Assembly (NCBI GenBank): GCA_964019335.1
Contig: OZ025675.1
Location: 248,001-312,000 of the forward strand
Length of the DNA: 64,000 nucleotides
Reading direction: 5' to 3'
Source: Diplonema japonicum
Taxonomy: Eukaryota > Protista > Euglenozoa: Diplonemea
The first letter of the stretch is position 1. Every line of letters starts with the position of its first letter. This document shows positions 1 through 12,200 of the stretch, piece by piece. The notes beneath the pieces were generated by a model, which worked only from the letters and a program-made list of their open reading frames with translations, was not told the origin of the DNA and did not search any database. Position numbers and translations under genes: made by a program.

Positions 1-308
1 TTCATATATGTCGGCTCGAGGATCAGCTCAGCGGTTGACCCGTAGGTCACGATGCCGAAGAGGTCGGTTTTCCTGAGGGTCATGTCGCCTTCGACGGTGT
101 TTTCGACCAGCAGCATTAGGGACTTCTTCACGGCTTCCATCCTCCCTTCGCACATCGAGGATGACCTGTCTATCACCGCCATCAGGTACGTCGCTTGGGT
201 CGGAGTTCCCTCGTTCTTATGCCCGTTCAGTGTTATTGCTGCTTTCATCTCCGTCGCCTCGTTCGAGACTGAGGCGAACTCTGTGTGCTTTGACAACACA
301 ATACCCAT
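1..308 (-). CDS. von Willebrand factor A (VWA) domain protein, N-terminal part (runs off left edge)
   Basis: Hand translation from ATG at 308: MGIVLSKHTEFASVSNEATEMKAAITLNGHKNEGTPTQATYLMAVIDRSSSMCEGRMEAVKKSLMLLVENTVEGDMTLRKTDLFGIVTYGSTAELILEPTYM. It has a hydrophobic strand plus the MIDAS motif DxSxS (DRSSS), then the GIVTY strand. Open to the window edge; not in the ORF track. Confidence 0.85.
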   Translation of the reverse strand, partial: MGIVLSKHTEFASVSNEATEMKAAITLNGHKNEGTPTQATYLMAVIDRSSSMCEGRMEAVKKSLMLLVENTVEGDMTLRKTDLFGIVTYGSTAELILEPTYM

Positions 309-920
309 TTTTTTGTTTTGTTTTTCACACCCGAACAACCTTTTCTGTTGTTGTGGGGGGGCGGGGGGGGACCAAGACAACCAGATATTTTCATTATTTA
401 TGATAAAAAGGAAAGAAAAAAGAGGGCAAAGAATAATGGGAAAGTGCAGCTTGCAGCTTACAAAGAAAAAAAAAAAATAACAACACATATTACTATTTTT
501 GCTTCCCCCCTCCCCTCGTTTTCTTCTATTGTTTAAAAACAAGCCAACATCGGCTCGTGGATGCACAAGAAGGCACGGGAGGGGGAGACCAAGAGAGGAA
601 GAGACTGGGTTCTCCCTCCTTGCACTAAACACTTCAGAAATGTGGAAACCTTGAATTCTCTTTCCAAAACAAAAAAAAAGAGAGGAATTGGCTTTTGTTT
701 GTTTTAGTTTGTTTATACGTGCCGGGAGGGAGGAGGGGGGAGAGAGAAACCTGGGACAAGTTTAGAACCCGAGAAAACACGTTGCCAACGTTCCCCTATA
801 GTAGAAGAAGCGTTACTTTTTTTGTTTTTTTCTTTTCTTTTCTTTTCTTTTTTTTGTTGTAGTCCACGTTTTCGTTTTTTTTTTTCGAAAATCTGAAGAA
901 AAATGGGGGGAGAAAGAGGC

Positions 921-956
<36 letters not shown>

Positions 957-3900
957 TCTTTTCTCCCCCCGTTAAGGTACACCTATTGTTTCGTTGTAAG
1001 CTGACGAAAAATCTTTCTTAGACGTCGGTTTCTTTTTTTTCTTTCTTTTTTTCCCTTTTCAAGGCTTTGAAGAAAAATATATATAAAAAAAGTTGGCAAA
1101 AATGGGGCGGAGAGGGAACGAGGGAGAACTAACACACCGCGCATCAATGTCGTCAAAAAAGAATAAAATATGAGTTAAAGGAGTACCCAATAAAAAAAAA
1201 GGGGGGGGGATGCAACACCAGAGAAGGTGTCTAGGTGACTGTGCGTATACGCCCACAGGAGAGAGAAAGAAAAATAAATAGTTTTATAGTTTTTTTTGTT
1301 TAGAACATAAAAAAAAAAAGAAAATTGTCATTTGTACAAGGGGGCTAACCAATAAAAGTTGTCACTACTCTTTTTGAAAAAGGCAAATAAAAACTCTTTT
1401 TTTTTTTTTTTTTTTGTAATACTGTAAAACGAAAAAAAAAAAAAAAAAAAAAAACCATTCTTCATCAAGAAAAAAAAGAAATTAACAAAAGTCTCGACGA
1501 AAAAAACGAAATAAACCTTTCGTTTTACAGCACAATGTACTGTAGTAAGACAAAACAAGGCCCGAAAGGAATAAATTCTCATCCGTTTCTTTTTCTTTTT
1601 TCCTTTCTTTTTTTTTTTCCCCTTTTTTTTCCCAAAGGTAGAGTACAGAAACTACACAGTGTGGGCTCGCTCCGATTTAATCTTTTCTTAAAAAAAAAAA
1701 AAGAGTTTATTCCGGATTGATTAACGCAACCTTTTAAAACAACGAGGTGTCTATCTTACTTACGTACCACAAGCCAGTGTTTAGTTTCGACAATAGTAAA
1801 CTGATAGGTCAGAACAAAAAGAATTATAAAAGAGAAGAAAAAAAAAAACTAATTCAGTAGTTGGATAAAAAAAAGGGGGGGGACGGGTTTACAGACCATC
1901 TTGTTCATCATTCTTTCGTTTTTCTTTTTAAAATTTCTTTTTCGCCTTCTGTCGCCGAAAGCAGCTGACAAGAAAATCTGTTTTTTTTTTTCTTTCTTTT
2001 ATTTTTCTCTTTTTTTTTTCTCTTTCTTTTTTTTATATTTTCTTTTTTTTTTTGTGTTTTTTGAAGTTCTTTCCCAATCTAAATAGAGATGAGATAAAGG
2101 AGGTTCCTGTTTGGAACGTCCCCCCTTGTCTCTACTTATCTAAAAAATAAATGTATGATCTTTCTACCCCTTCCGTAAAAAAGAAAATGTGAATTGAACA
2201 AGGGAAAAAAAACAAGTAAAGGGGCCCTTTATTTTTTTTTGGGGGGGGTGGATATGGGCTCCAAAAAAAAAGAATTATTTGGAAGACACTACAGAAAAAT
2301 CCCAAAGAGGAGCTGGCCGTTTGTACGTGCCGGTGGCAAAAAAAAAAAAAAGAACTATTTGGGATGGAATTATTCGGTGCCCATCGTAACATTTTAGAAA
2401 AAACTGAGTAACATAAAAAGAAAAAAAAGGGGGGGTCTGCTCTGAGCCAATGCCGGAGGAAGATGATTTATTAAAACAGAACGTAGGGCCAAACATGGCT
2501 TAAGAGCAGTGCTAGCAACACCCCTTTTTTTTCTACAAAAAAAAAATAAAGAAAACGTTACATGCAAAAAGCCACGTTGCTGGATGGGGGGGGGGGGGGG
2601 GGGTGTGTGGAAGAAGAAGAGGTATAGGAATGTAACACAATTATGCCCCCTTCTTTAAATCGCAGGGAATATCTAGCCTATGCATATGGCCCCTCCTTCG
2701 GTACTTTGTCACAAATAGTTGCCAACATTCCTTCCCCTCTTTTTTTTTTTTCTTCTGTTACATATCCAGCACGGTACATCCAGATCACTCTAGTTTTCTA
2801 TTCAAAAAGTTGAAACACGAAGAAGAAAAGAAAAGCCCGGGTGGGGGGGGGGGGGGGGGGGGGGGGGCTAAATAGCGATGTTGTTTTTAAATAAAACTCG
2901 ATAAAGTCTCAATGTGCATAGGGGGTGTTCATTAGTTGCTGTCTAGTGCCTGTTTATCGCGATGAGATGGACGGCATCTGGGCGAGAAACATTACATGGA
3001 GTCGCGCTAGGTAGGGGGCGGAAAACAATTCATTATCAATATTGTTTAAGCAAAAAAAAAAAAAAGAGACATTTAAGGGTACCTGGCGGTATGTGGCAGC
3101 AAAAATATACTGACTTTTCGGCGCAATCTTCTTTCTTCTTTTTTTTTTTTTTTCTTTTCTTTTTCTGAAGAAACTTTTAATTTTTCCTTTTTTTTTTTTT
3201 TTTTATAAATCGTTTTCTTTTTTTTTTTCCTTTTCCTTTTTTTAATTTAAACTCCAGCAAAATCTTCGTGTGTGGGAGTGAAAATCAGAATTCAGTGGAC
3301 CAATTTTTTTACCTCGGCTCAGTTCCAAGTTGCTCACTTTTGGCTCCAGTTGGTCAACTTTTCTATTTAGTCAGCTTACCAAGCTCAAAGACTTCAAAAT
3401 GCCGCGGCAGAAAGTGAGGAGCGACTGGCCGCGCCAGGTATGAGAAGGCTTGATCAGAGATGGTGACGCAAAAAAAAAAAAAAAAAGGGAGGAAAAACAA
3501 ATATATTTTTTTTTTTTTCAGAGAGTCGTGAAATAAAAAAACCACTTACCTATTGTTACAGTAAAGCCATTACTTGTTGGTTGCAAATTGCTATTATCCC
3601 ATTTATATGAAGGTGCCGTTTAGCAAGTGGGCACGGGGATTCACTGTATAACGCCTACCTTGTGATGCTCCCCTATCTTCCAATCTTTCCTTTCCACAAC
3701 TGCACCGGAAAAGTAAAGTGCGCCTCCTTTTCTCCCTCAGCCACGTCGCCTGCAGCGTATATTCTTATTGACGTCAATCGTCGTGATTCGGATGTTCCCT
3801 CCTCCGCCCATCGCAGTGCAGCCAGCCACCATACTCCCTGAGCGGGGGCCACGTCTTGAGCTTGTACAGTTCCACAACCATTGGTGCCTCGAAATATTTT

Positions 3901-4637
3901 TCTTCCAAAAAAAAAAAAATAAAAAAATTGAAGAGCGAGGAAATCTTTGTTCCCTTAGGGGTGGGAAATAATGTCTAGGAGTAAGGTAAGGGGAAATACC
4001 GCTCTATTTTTTTCGTTGTGACCGAATCGATATCGCTCATAGAGAATGTGTTCAGCTTGCTGCGAACTGTCTCACTGCGCTAGCATAAATCAGCATTTTC
4101 TTTTTTCATTCTCCACAGTGAGCACCCCCATGCACACTGAAATTTTATCGAGTTTTTTTTTGCAGGACACAGGGCTATGAAATACCCCTTGCCCCACTAC
4201 CAAACTAAACTTTTGAGGAAAAAAAAAATAATTAATATGAGAGGAGCTATCCGTGTTGTTGCCAACGTTCCCCTTTTGTTTGGACACAAGTCAAAAGACT
4301 CGTTCTTGAAAACAAAAGGGGAAAGAAAAGAAAAAAAAAAAAAAAACCATGCACTGCCCAAGTAAGGATAATAGCTAGAATTAGTTTATAATGACAAAAT
4401 CAACAAAAAAAAATAATAAATAAAGAGAGACATTTAAAAAAAAAAAAAGAAAACTAGTTTGGCGCTTCATTTGTTTTGTGTACGAGCTGGATTTTACCTA
4501 GTAAAATAGCTCATTAAAACAAAACAAAAAAAGAAGAAGAAGCGTCGGCTTTAAGCAATTTTGGGTGACAAAAAAAAAAAAAAGAAAATATAAAGAAAAC
4601 CTGTTTCGCTTTTTTTTTTTTCATTCATTAGAATCCT

Positions 4638-6449
4638 TTAATACCGGACTACCACGGTGGTGGGGGGGATCTTTTTGATTATCAGGTCTGTGAGGGTGTT
4701 TGCCACTGGATCAGCTGGATAGCTTTCGAGTAGCTGAAGAGCTTCTTCCGTAACATTGTCACTCTCGCACTTCCCTAGCAGGTACTGCTTCGCTGCCTCG
4801 TTGTACTTCACCCAGTGCTTCGCTCGAGACTCGTCCAGTGCGTACATCCATTCCATGTGGTGCTGAGTCTGAGTTGTTGTAGTCAAAGGGGAGGGCTCCG
4901 CAGGAGTCATAACTGGCGTCAGTACCCCATCGTCGCCTACTATGACCTCCCAGACGAGCCCGTCCTTTGATCGACTACTCTTCATAAAAGTGACCGATTT
5001 TAAGACAACTCGCATTTCTTGCATGATGCAGGCATCGGAGTAAGCTGTGGTGTTGCACACAACCCCAATGCCCCACTCCGCACCGAGCCTCTCGTACACA
5101 GATGACAGAACCGCCGTGTTCCCCATGATGCTGAACCGCCTCACCTCGTTGTTCCCAAGGTCACCCACCAGAACCTTCCCACCGCACACGGCCACGTTCA
5201 GTTGTAAGTTCCGGTCGAGCTTTCCTTGTTTTAAAGTGATGGCTGACTGAACTGCCGCCACTGCGTGTTGGACGCATTTTCTCGATGCGTTGAACGAGGC
5301 GTGCACGTGGTCCCCGACGAACAGGTCCAGCATCCCCTTCTGTGCACGAACAGCGTGCAGTGCGAACCCGATCACCTTCGCGTGGAGGCGCATGAACTCA
5401 ACAGGTTCCGCTTCCGCCATCTCGATCGAGTTCTTCATGTTCATCACCAGCATCGTCGCCCTTGTGCTGGAAAGCGCGTGCTGAGGTAGCGAAGCAAACG
5501 CACGCCGCCCAGACTGCGACTGCGTGTTGGTGTTGGTAATAGTGGTGTCCGACAAGATAGTAGGCGTGGCCAACGTGGTGTTGGAATGTGTCGTGTCCTC
5601 ATCCTCGGAGCTTGACCCTTCATCCTGCAGACAGGACTGCGGGAGGTAAGGTTTATACGACCGGAGGTTCACAAGAATGGTGTGAAGCGCTTCGTGAAGT
5701 CTTTCAGGGAGGTCTTCCTTCGAAAGGTCGAGGTGGGCGTCTGCCTCTTCAAGCTTGAACCCTGCAAGGAAGGAGGCCACGTCGCGTGCTGCAAGAACAC
5801 CCAGTTCCAACTTCCGTTTTTCAGCGAGAACCTCGACCGCGAATCCTCTTGTGAAGTAGTAATCGAGAAGGAAGATGGCAACCATGATAACAAAGGTAAT
5901 CCCTACACTGGATACGCTACGCTCGCACGGCATGGAGTCACAGGTGCAGGTGGCGTTGTAGCGCATTTCGTGGTCACCGTTAAAATCACCGTCACCGATG
6001 TCAAGGAGGCCGAAACGGGTGCTGAGTTCGAGCGAGGTGATGAAGAGCCAGAGGCAGAGGGTGGTAACGACAACGATGGAGGACCTTGACCTGATCCTGC
6101 ACACGAGGAACACATCAACAACTAGGACCGCCATCGGCCACATCCTAGGAAGCATGGCACCCATGGCATTAAGATCTATAAGTATGATGGCTAGAAGGTC
6201 CATGTAGCCCACTATTTCGATCAGCCAGTCGGGCGAATCCTTCATTGCAAACAAATACACAAGGGCTGCTAGGTTTGTCAACAGGCACAGCATGCTCCCT
6301 GCCTGCGCTGCGATCGAGACGACAATCAGCATCCCTGCGCCGCCGACTAGTATCGGCACGAAGAAAAAAGGGACCAATATCATCTTCCTCTTCACGGTGA
6401 CCTCGTCGTCGTCGGGGAGGGCGATCTTCGACAATATCCGCGAATACAT
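4638..6449 (-). CDS. 6TM membrane protein with degenerate class III adenylate/guanylate cyclase domain (paralog 1, ~603 aa)
   Basis: ORF 4638..6692; likely start is MYSRILSK (ATG 6449, A-rich context, aligns with paralog starts). Six hydrophobic segments, helical linker ending NLRSYKPYLP, cyclase-like segments ATMLVMNM / DLFVGDHV / VLVGDLG..RRFSIMG, and a C-terminal EWMY motif. Confidence 0.85.
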   Translation of the reverse strand: MYSRILSKIALPDDDEVTVKRKMILVPFFFVPILVGGAGMLIVVSIAAQAGSMLCLLTNLAALVYLFAMKDSPDWLIEIVGYMDLLAIILIDLNAMGAMLPRMWPMAVLVVDVFLVCRIRSRSSIVVVTTLCLWLFITSLELSTRFGLLDIGDGDFNGDHEMRYNATCTCDSMPCERSVSSVGITFVIMVAIFLLDYYFTRGFAVEVLAEKRKLELGVLAARDVASFLAGFKLEEADAHLDLSKEDLPERLHEALHTILVNLRSYKPYLPQSCLQDEGSSSEDEDTTHSNTTLATPTILSDTTITNTNTQSQSGRRAFASLPQHALSSTRATMLVMNMKNSIEMAEAEPVEFMRLHAKVIGFALHAVRAQKGMLDLFVGDHVHASFNASRKCVQHAVAAVQSAITLKQGKLDRNLQLNVAVCGGKVLVGDLGNNEVRRFSIMGNTAVLSSVYERLGAEWGIGVVCNTTAYSDACIMQEMRVVLKSVTFMKSSRSKDGLVWEVIVGDDGVLTPVMTPAEPSPLTTTTQTQHHMEWMYALDESRAKHWVKYNEAAKQYLLGKCESDNVTEEALQLLESYPADPVANTLTDLIIKKIPPTTVVVRY

Positions 6450-6572
6450 TTTTTTTTTTTGTTCCACCCCCAACTTTTGTACCTGAAAAAGCTTTTTTTT
6501 TTTTTTTTTTTTTTTTCGTACGAAAAAAAGTTGTCTCGATTTTAGTGGTGCCATGCAGTATGTGACACAGCG

Positions 6573-6682
6573 GCCACCCTTGTGAAACTTCGCCCCGAAG
6601 CCTCCCAAGTCCCCTGTGGTCCCGTAGAAAGTAAAAGTGGAGAGGTAAAGAAAGCTTGGAAATTGAAATAGGGAGAGGGGCC
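6573..6682. repeat. Dispersed repeat O upstream of pseudo-cyclase genes
   Basis: Copies at 39812-39951 and partial 27985-28044; pyrimidine-rich on the coding strand. Confidence 0.7.
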
Positions 6683-6996
6683 ACAGAAGCAATTAAACAC
6701 CAACTGGAGAGTTGTGGGAGGCTTGCTTCACTGGCACGATGCCGCGGGGAGGCTATTTGCCTGACCTGGTGAAGCCACCTTGTTCGATGTAATGGGATAA
6801 GGGACTCTCCGTTGAGGCGATGCTAACTGGCGCCACGCGTAGGGTGGGCTCTCCACCCCCGTCCAGGTTTCCCCACGTGTACGGCTTTAGAACGAGAGTT
6901 TCCCTTTCGCTTGTGTTTCTCCAAACCACAATTACCAGGAACCACCACAGGGAGGTTGGAAACATTGGTCCCCCCAAAAAAAAAAAAAAAAAAAAA

Positions 6997-7038
6997 GAGA
7001 CATTTAAGGGTACCTGCGGTATGTGACAGGACGCCTGA
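6997..7038 (-). mobile_element. Tail-only retroposon unit D (~42 bp) between A-runs
   Basis: gagacatttaagggtacctgcgg...gacgcctga recurs at 3066-3099 and 48838-48880. Sense hairpin cctgY-(C/A-rich loop)-gcagg followed by cccttaa and a T-run. Confidence 0.7.
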
Positions 7039-7092
7039 AAAAAAAAAAAAAAAAAAAAATACACGGGGGATGGTCTATCCATCTAACGTTTA

Positions 7093-7983
7093 TTAACAAT
7101 GCACCTCATGGAAGACAATGTCAGGGTCACGTATCCACGTAGAAGCCCAGGAGGGTGTGCCGTCAGCGTCCCTCCCACTAATGTCCTTCCATTCGGACCA
7201 CTGGAGGGACCGGTCCGTCACAGGGCGAAGGCAGTGTGGGTCCGACAAGAGTGTGGGTATGTTGCGCCTCGCGTCACCAGAGAGCATCCAGCAACCGGAC
7301 AAAGTCGACGCCAGCCTGACCTCCCCGAAGGTGTAGTAAGGCATGGAGTGCACACTGTCTGTCGGGGAAAGAACGAACGAAACATCCCCGAGCCGCAGCA
7401 TCCTGGGAAACACAGGTAAAGATGTTGAGATACGAATCTCATCGGACGGCTGCCATGTTTTCTTTTTCGCGTCATAAATGGACCATTTCAGAGAGGTGTT
7501 GGTAGGCGGTCGGAGACGGTGGCGGCCTGACTGGACCAAACCAGTGTTATCTTTGAGGCTTGCCCTTGTATCGGAGAGCATCCAAGTACCACGTAATGTG
7601 GAATACATTACCTTCCCTCCTTTTGGGCTAATATCTCTCCATGAGGGGACTCCATTCGGTCCTGTACCTGCAAAGGAGTAAGCACCGCTTACTTGAGGTG
7701 GGCCTTTAACCCATATTATATCTTTGTGTTGGGTTTTTGAAGTTTCGTCGTAGTGCTGGAGAGGAGGAGGGGAAGGAGGAGGAGCGAGACGAGGCGGGGT
7801 GTGATGCTGCCGCAGAACCCCTGCAAGCTTTTCTTCCACTTTTTCCAGTGATTTTGTTGCCTCCCGGGCGCTGCCTAAACAAGCGGTCACCTTGTTCTCC
7901 TCTTCCGTCGTCCGCCATGCTTCTGTGATGCACTCGCCTATCGACTTTTCTCTTTTATGTGGTGGGGTTGTGTAGTGGTTCAT
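7093..7983 (-). CDS. Hypothetical protein, 296 aa: coiled-coil, Pro-rich linker, two tandem Trp-rich repeats
   Basis: Long ORF with coding-like GC and A-rich start context. Internal repeat STLRGTWMLSD...RHRLRPPTNTSLKWS vs STLSGCWMLSGD...PHCLRPVTDRSLQWS. Confidence 0.75.
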   Translation of the reverse strand: MNHYTTPPHKREKSIGECITEAWRTTEEENKVTACLGSAREATKSLEKVEEKLAGVLRQHHTPPRLAPPPSPPPLQHYDETSKTQHKDIIWVKGPPQVSGAYSFAGTGPNGVPSWRDISPKGGKVMYSTLRGTWMLSDTRASLKDNTGLVQSGRHRLRPPTNTSLKWSIYDAKKKTWQPSDEIRISTSLPVFPRMLRLGDVSFVLSPTDSVHSMPYYTFGEVRLASTLSGCWMLSGDARRNIPTLLSDPHCLRPVTDRSLQWSEWKDISGRDADGTPSWASTWIRDPDIVFHEVHC

Positions 7984-8675
7984 TCTTTTTTTTTTCCCCC
8001 CTTCCTATTTTTTTTTTTCTTTTTGATCGGAGTATTCGGGGACAATACGTCACCTGACAGTTCCCTGTGAGCCACCATGTAAATGCCCCCTGATACGTCT
8101 GAATACAAGCCCTATAAGGCGAGCCAGAGAAGCTGCAACCATTTGATCGGAAAATCCGTAAGAGTTTGTAACAACAACAGCTATACGACGGATTGCACCC
8201 CGACTCATGCATCACTGCACCGAACAGGCATTCCAACTGCATTATAGTGCAGTAAAAAGAACCCAAATATTGTTTTAAAAAAAATAAATTTATTAAAAAT
8301 CTTTTTTAAAAATAAAAGGGAGGGAGGAAGAAAAAGATTCACAAAGGTGCTAACAACAACCCAGCGAAAAGACAAAAAGAAAAAACAAAAAGGAGGTGGG
8401 AAGGAGTGAAAATGGCAAAACCCTACTCGAGGGCCGCCCTTAGAAAAAAAAAAGCGGGAATTATTTGTGAGCCACCCTACTGGTGGGGGCTCTACTAAAC
8501 CTCTGAGGAAGGAAATGTAGAATAATGTAGATGTGGGAGGTAAGGAATGAAGAAAAAAAAAAGGAACAGATGTCCCTCTTTTCTTTTTTTTTAAAAAAAC
8601 AAAAGAGTATCTGGTGAGATAGCAGAAAAAGAAATGGTGGCTAGGTGAAGAGACTATCAAGATGATTGAAACAAT

Positions 8676-8745
<70 letters not shown>

Positions 8746-9066
8746 GACACAAACTTCCTCGTAGTTGGGAGAGAGAAAAAGAAATCGTAAAGGGCGATGT
8801 TTAAGGGCAAATCCCACTTGAGGATCACCCAAAAGAAAAAAAAGCATCATAATTCCTTTGAAAAGCTTGCACAAAATTGTGGCTATCCGGCAAATTATAT
8901 GTAAGCCAACTAATTTTCAAAGCTTTCAAAGTGCACAGCATTCTTAAGTAATGTATGGGGCCTCATATCGAAAGGTTCTGAGTACTCAGAGATGCGAGGG
9001 GCTAATAATATGACATATTCTTTTTTTTGTTCACAGAAACAGATTCGTATAAAAGCACAAGGTGCC

Positions 9067-9098
<32 letters not shown>

Positions 9099-9281
9099 GA
9101 AAAGAAAGAAAGAAGAAAGAAGAAGATTCAAAGAACTAGAGAACAAGAAAAAATAAATTCTCTTTCTTTTCTTTGCACGAGAAAAAAAGTTAGATAAGAA
9201 TGAGGGGGAGAAAAAAAATAGAAAGCTAGCGAAAATATGAAATTGAGTGAAAAATCTTTTTTTTTTTTTAAAAAACTTATT

Positions 9282-12200
9282 TTATTCATCATCCTTTCTG
9301 CAGAAGCGCATCAATCCCTGGATGCCCTTTGCAAGAGGGTTCTTCTTTTGCTCCACAGATGTATCTGTGCCTGTCGTGCTGTCCTCGTGTTCATGGTGCA
9401 TGTACTGCTTGCAAATTGCGATGAAAACCTGCTCAAGGGACGTCTCGTTGATGGAGTAGTCAACAATGCCAAGGGACTCACGGGCATTGTTGATAGTGGA
9501 GAACATTTCAGACAACTTCTGCCCGCTGGGGAGCTGGTAGGTCAGCCTGTGGTTGGTCTGCTCAATGAGAACAGAGCTGGGAAAGCGTTCGGTGAAGAAT
9601 CTGACCACTGCACCCTCCTGCTGTGGTGCCACCTTTGCTTGAATCTCGTAAGCACCACCGAACTTGCTCTTCAGGTGGGACAGCGTTCCCAGACACTGCA
9701 GGGCCCCGTCCACCATGATTGCCGTGCGGTGTGCCAAGGCCTCCACCTCCTCTAGGTGGTGGGTTGTTAACACAACGCAACGTCCTTTCCCGATCGACTG
9801 TAAGGCCGTCCACATCCCACGCCGCGCCACAGGGTCCATCCCCGCCGTCGGTTCGTCCAGTAAAATACACGATGGCCCCCCGATCAGGGAGATCGCGATG
9901 CTCGTTTTTCGCTTGTTGCCGCCCGACAGCGATTTGCAGATTGTGTTCTGGTGTTCTTCTAACCCAAGGATCTTCATCAGGCTCTCCGACATCTTCTTCC
10001 TCATCTCTGACGGGACTCCGCGTAGCGCTGCGTACAGCTCGATGTGTTCCTTCGGGGTCAGCAGGTCCAGCAGCGCGTCGAATTGCGGGCAGTACCCCAG
10101 CTCCCTCTTCGCCTCTGTTGATTGTGTCACCACGTCGTAGCCCTTGATGGACGCGGTGCCCGATGTCGGGGCGAAGTCGCCTGCTAGTACCGAGATTGCG
10201 GTTGTCTTCCCCGCCCCGTTCGTTCCAAGGAAGGCGAAGATCTCGTCTGTTTTTACTCCGAATGTTATTTCCTTCACCGCCACCTTCGGGCGCTTCCCGG
10301 GGTACACTTTTCGGAGTTTCTTGACCGCCACCACGTCGCCTGCGCGACCTGCCATCACCTCTGCCTTCTCCGCCGCCACGTCGTCGTCCATGTTGGTGGG
10401 CTCTACGAAGTTGCTGGTGTCGTGTGTGTCAGGCGGCGTTCGCAACCCGAGCTTGTACCAGATCTGCGGGAAGTCGTGCGACATGGCGAGGGCCGCATAG
10501 ATGGGGAACATGATCCACAAGAAGACGATGTCCCACCCCACGATGTTCATGGTCAGCGGCGTGTCGTCTGTCATCCCGTTGTTCCTGTTCGACGGCAGCT
10601 GCGCCAGTGCCATGATCCCGTCCCCCAGACAGAAGGCGGGCACCAGTCGGAATACAAACCTCAGGTCCTTAGCAAGACCTTTCGTGGAGTCGATGATTTG
10701 GAAAATCCCTATCACGATCACCAGCACGAAGCCCGACACGTAGTTCCCCATGAGGACCGTGTTCTGCCCTGTCGACGGCTTCTCGAAGTGGAAGGAGGCG
10801 GCGTACGCAGCGACGATGGCGGTCATCCCGTACGACAGAAATAACATAACGGTGGCGGCGAAGGCCTCCCCGCTCCCGATGTACTCCGTCCTGTCGAACA
10901 TGAAGAAGACAATTATGCTGAGCGAAGTGCTGACTGCAAAGGCCGCGAGGTCCCAGCAGAAGCTCGACAGCCAGTAGGCGGTGAGCTTCACCCCAGACAC
11001 GATCTGCACGTGCTTCGACTTCGACACGCGCTCCTTCACCAGGAAGGCGACGTAGTTCGCGGGGATGAAGCAGAAGGGCAGCATCACATTTATCGAGGTC
11101 ATCACGGCGATCATCCCTTCAATCTGGTTCTTGAAGAAGTCGCTGAAGGGCATGGGGTTGGCTACCAGCTTGATGTATGCGTCGCGATTGCCTGTCTGCT
11201 CTTTGAGTACTGCCGAGGCAAAGCCGTTCAGCGCAATGGGAAGACTGTGCAGGCTGCTGGCGTTGTGGAAGAGCGTCTTGTGCGCATTCCAGCCCACTGT
11301 GGACTGGTACAGCGCCTGCCAGCACTTCACGTTTTCCGTGTCGTTTCTATGCAGCAGCCATTCGTCCATTGCCTCTATCGAGCTGTAGTTAGTCGGCACA
11401 GGTGTCACACCCTCTATCGTGTTTGTTGCGTAGGTGCTGTCCGCAGGGGCCACAGGGAAGATAGAGTCTTCACCGTAGCGCCAGAGGTCGATTGAGGGAA
11501 GGTCGCCGACAGGCATTCCCGCAAGCATCATTGTGAACATGATGAATACTACAGGGAGGACCAGCTGGAAGGCAATCGTGCACTTGTCCCGCCTGCCGTA
11601 CTGAAGCTTCTTGTAGAACAGCCCGCGCCACTGCGATCGGTACAGTGCCGAGTCGTGCAGCCTCTCGTTCGGGTCGATGTCGATGCCCTTCAGCAGTTCT
11701 GCCTTGCCGTCGTAGGTTGGCTGCACGTCGGAGAGCAGCTTCGTCGTCTTGTCAGTGGGTTCGCGGTGCTCCAGGTCGTGCGCGATCTTGATGAAGATCT
11801 CCTCCAACGTCGTCACGCTCATCCCGAAGGACATGATCCCCAGCTCCTTCCCGTTTTTCTCCAGAGCCGCGAACATCTGTGCAAAATTCGGCACCCCCCA
11901 CATGGGGACCCTGAGGGTCAGCTCCGACCCCGCCGCCGACAGCTGCTCCACTTCCTGCGGGTTGTTCGCCTTCAACGGTGCGACCTCCTTCCTCACGGCT
12001 GCTGCGATCTTTTCTGTGCTCGAGCCTGCGTCCAGCTCCATCGTGAGATTGTAGCCGACACCGAGCTTCTGCTTCAGGAAGAATGACGACCCCCAGCAGT
12101 GCACCCGCCCGCCGTGCAGGATTGCGATGGAGTCTCCTAGCAGGTCCGCCTCGTCCATAAAGTGCGTCGTGAGCAGCACCGTCCGTCCCGTGCGCATGTT

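Noticed and set aside
1642-1653. 12-nt minus-strand match (AGTTTCTGTACT) to the conserved euglenozoan spliced-leader core
   Set aside because: Flanks do not continue the leader or a TTG/GT donor; too short to call an SL RNA gene or retrocopy.
6450-6692. N-terminal extensions in the ORF track for paralogs 1, 2, 3 and 7
   Set aside because: They translate homopolymer runs and repeats; paralog homology begins at the downstream Met.
8030-8250. GC-balanced islands (also 6690-6960, 17450-17590, 53810-54070) as possible exons
   Set aside because: No recognisable peptide or supported splice structure; probably repeat remnants.
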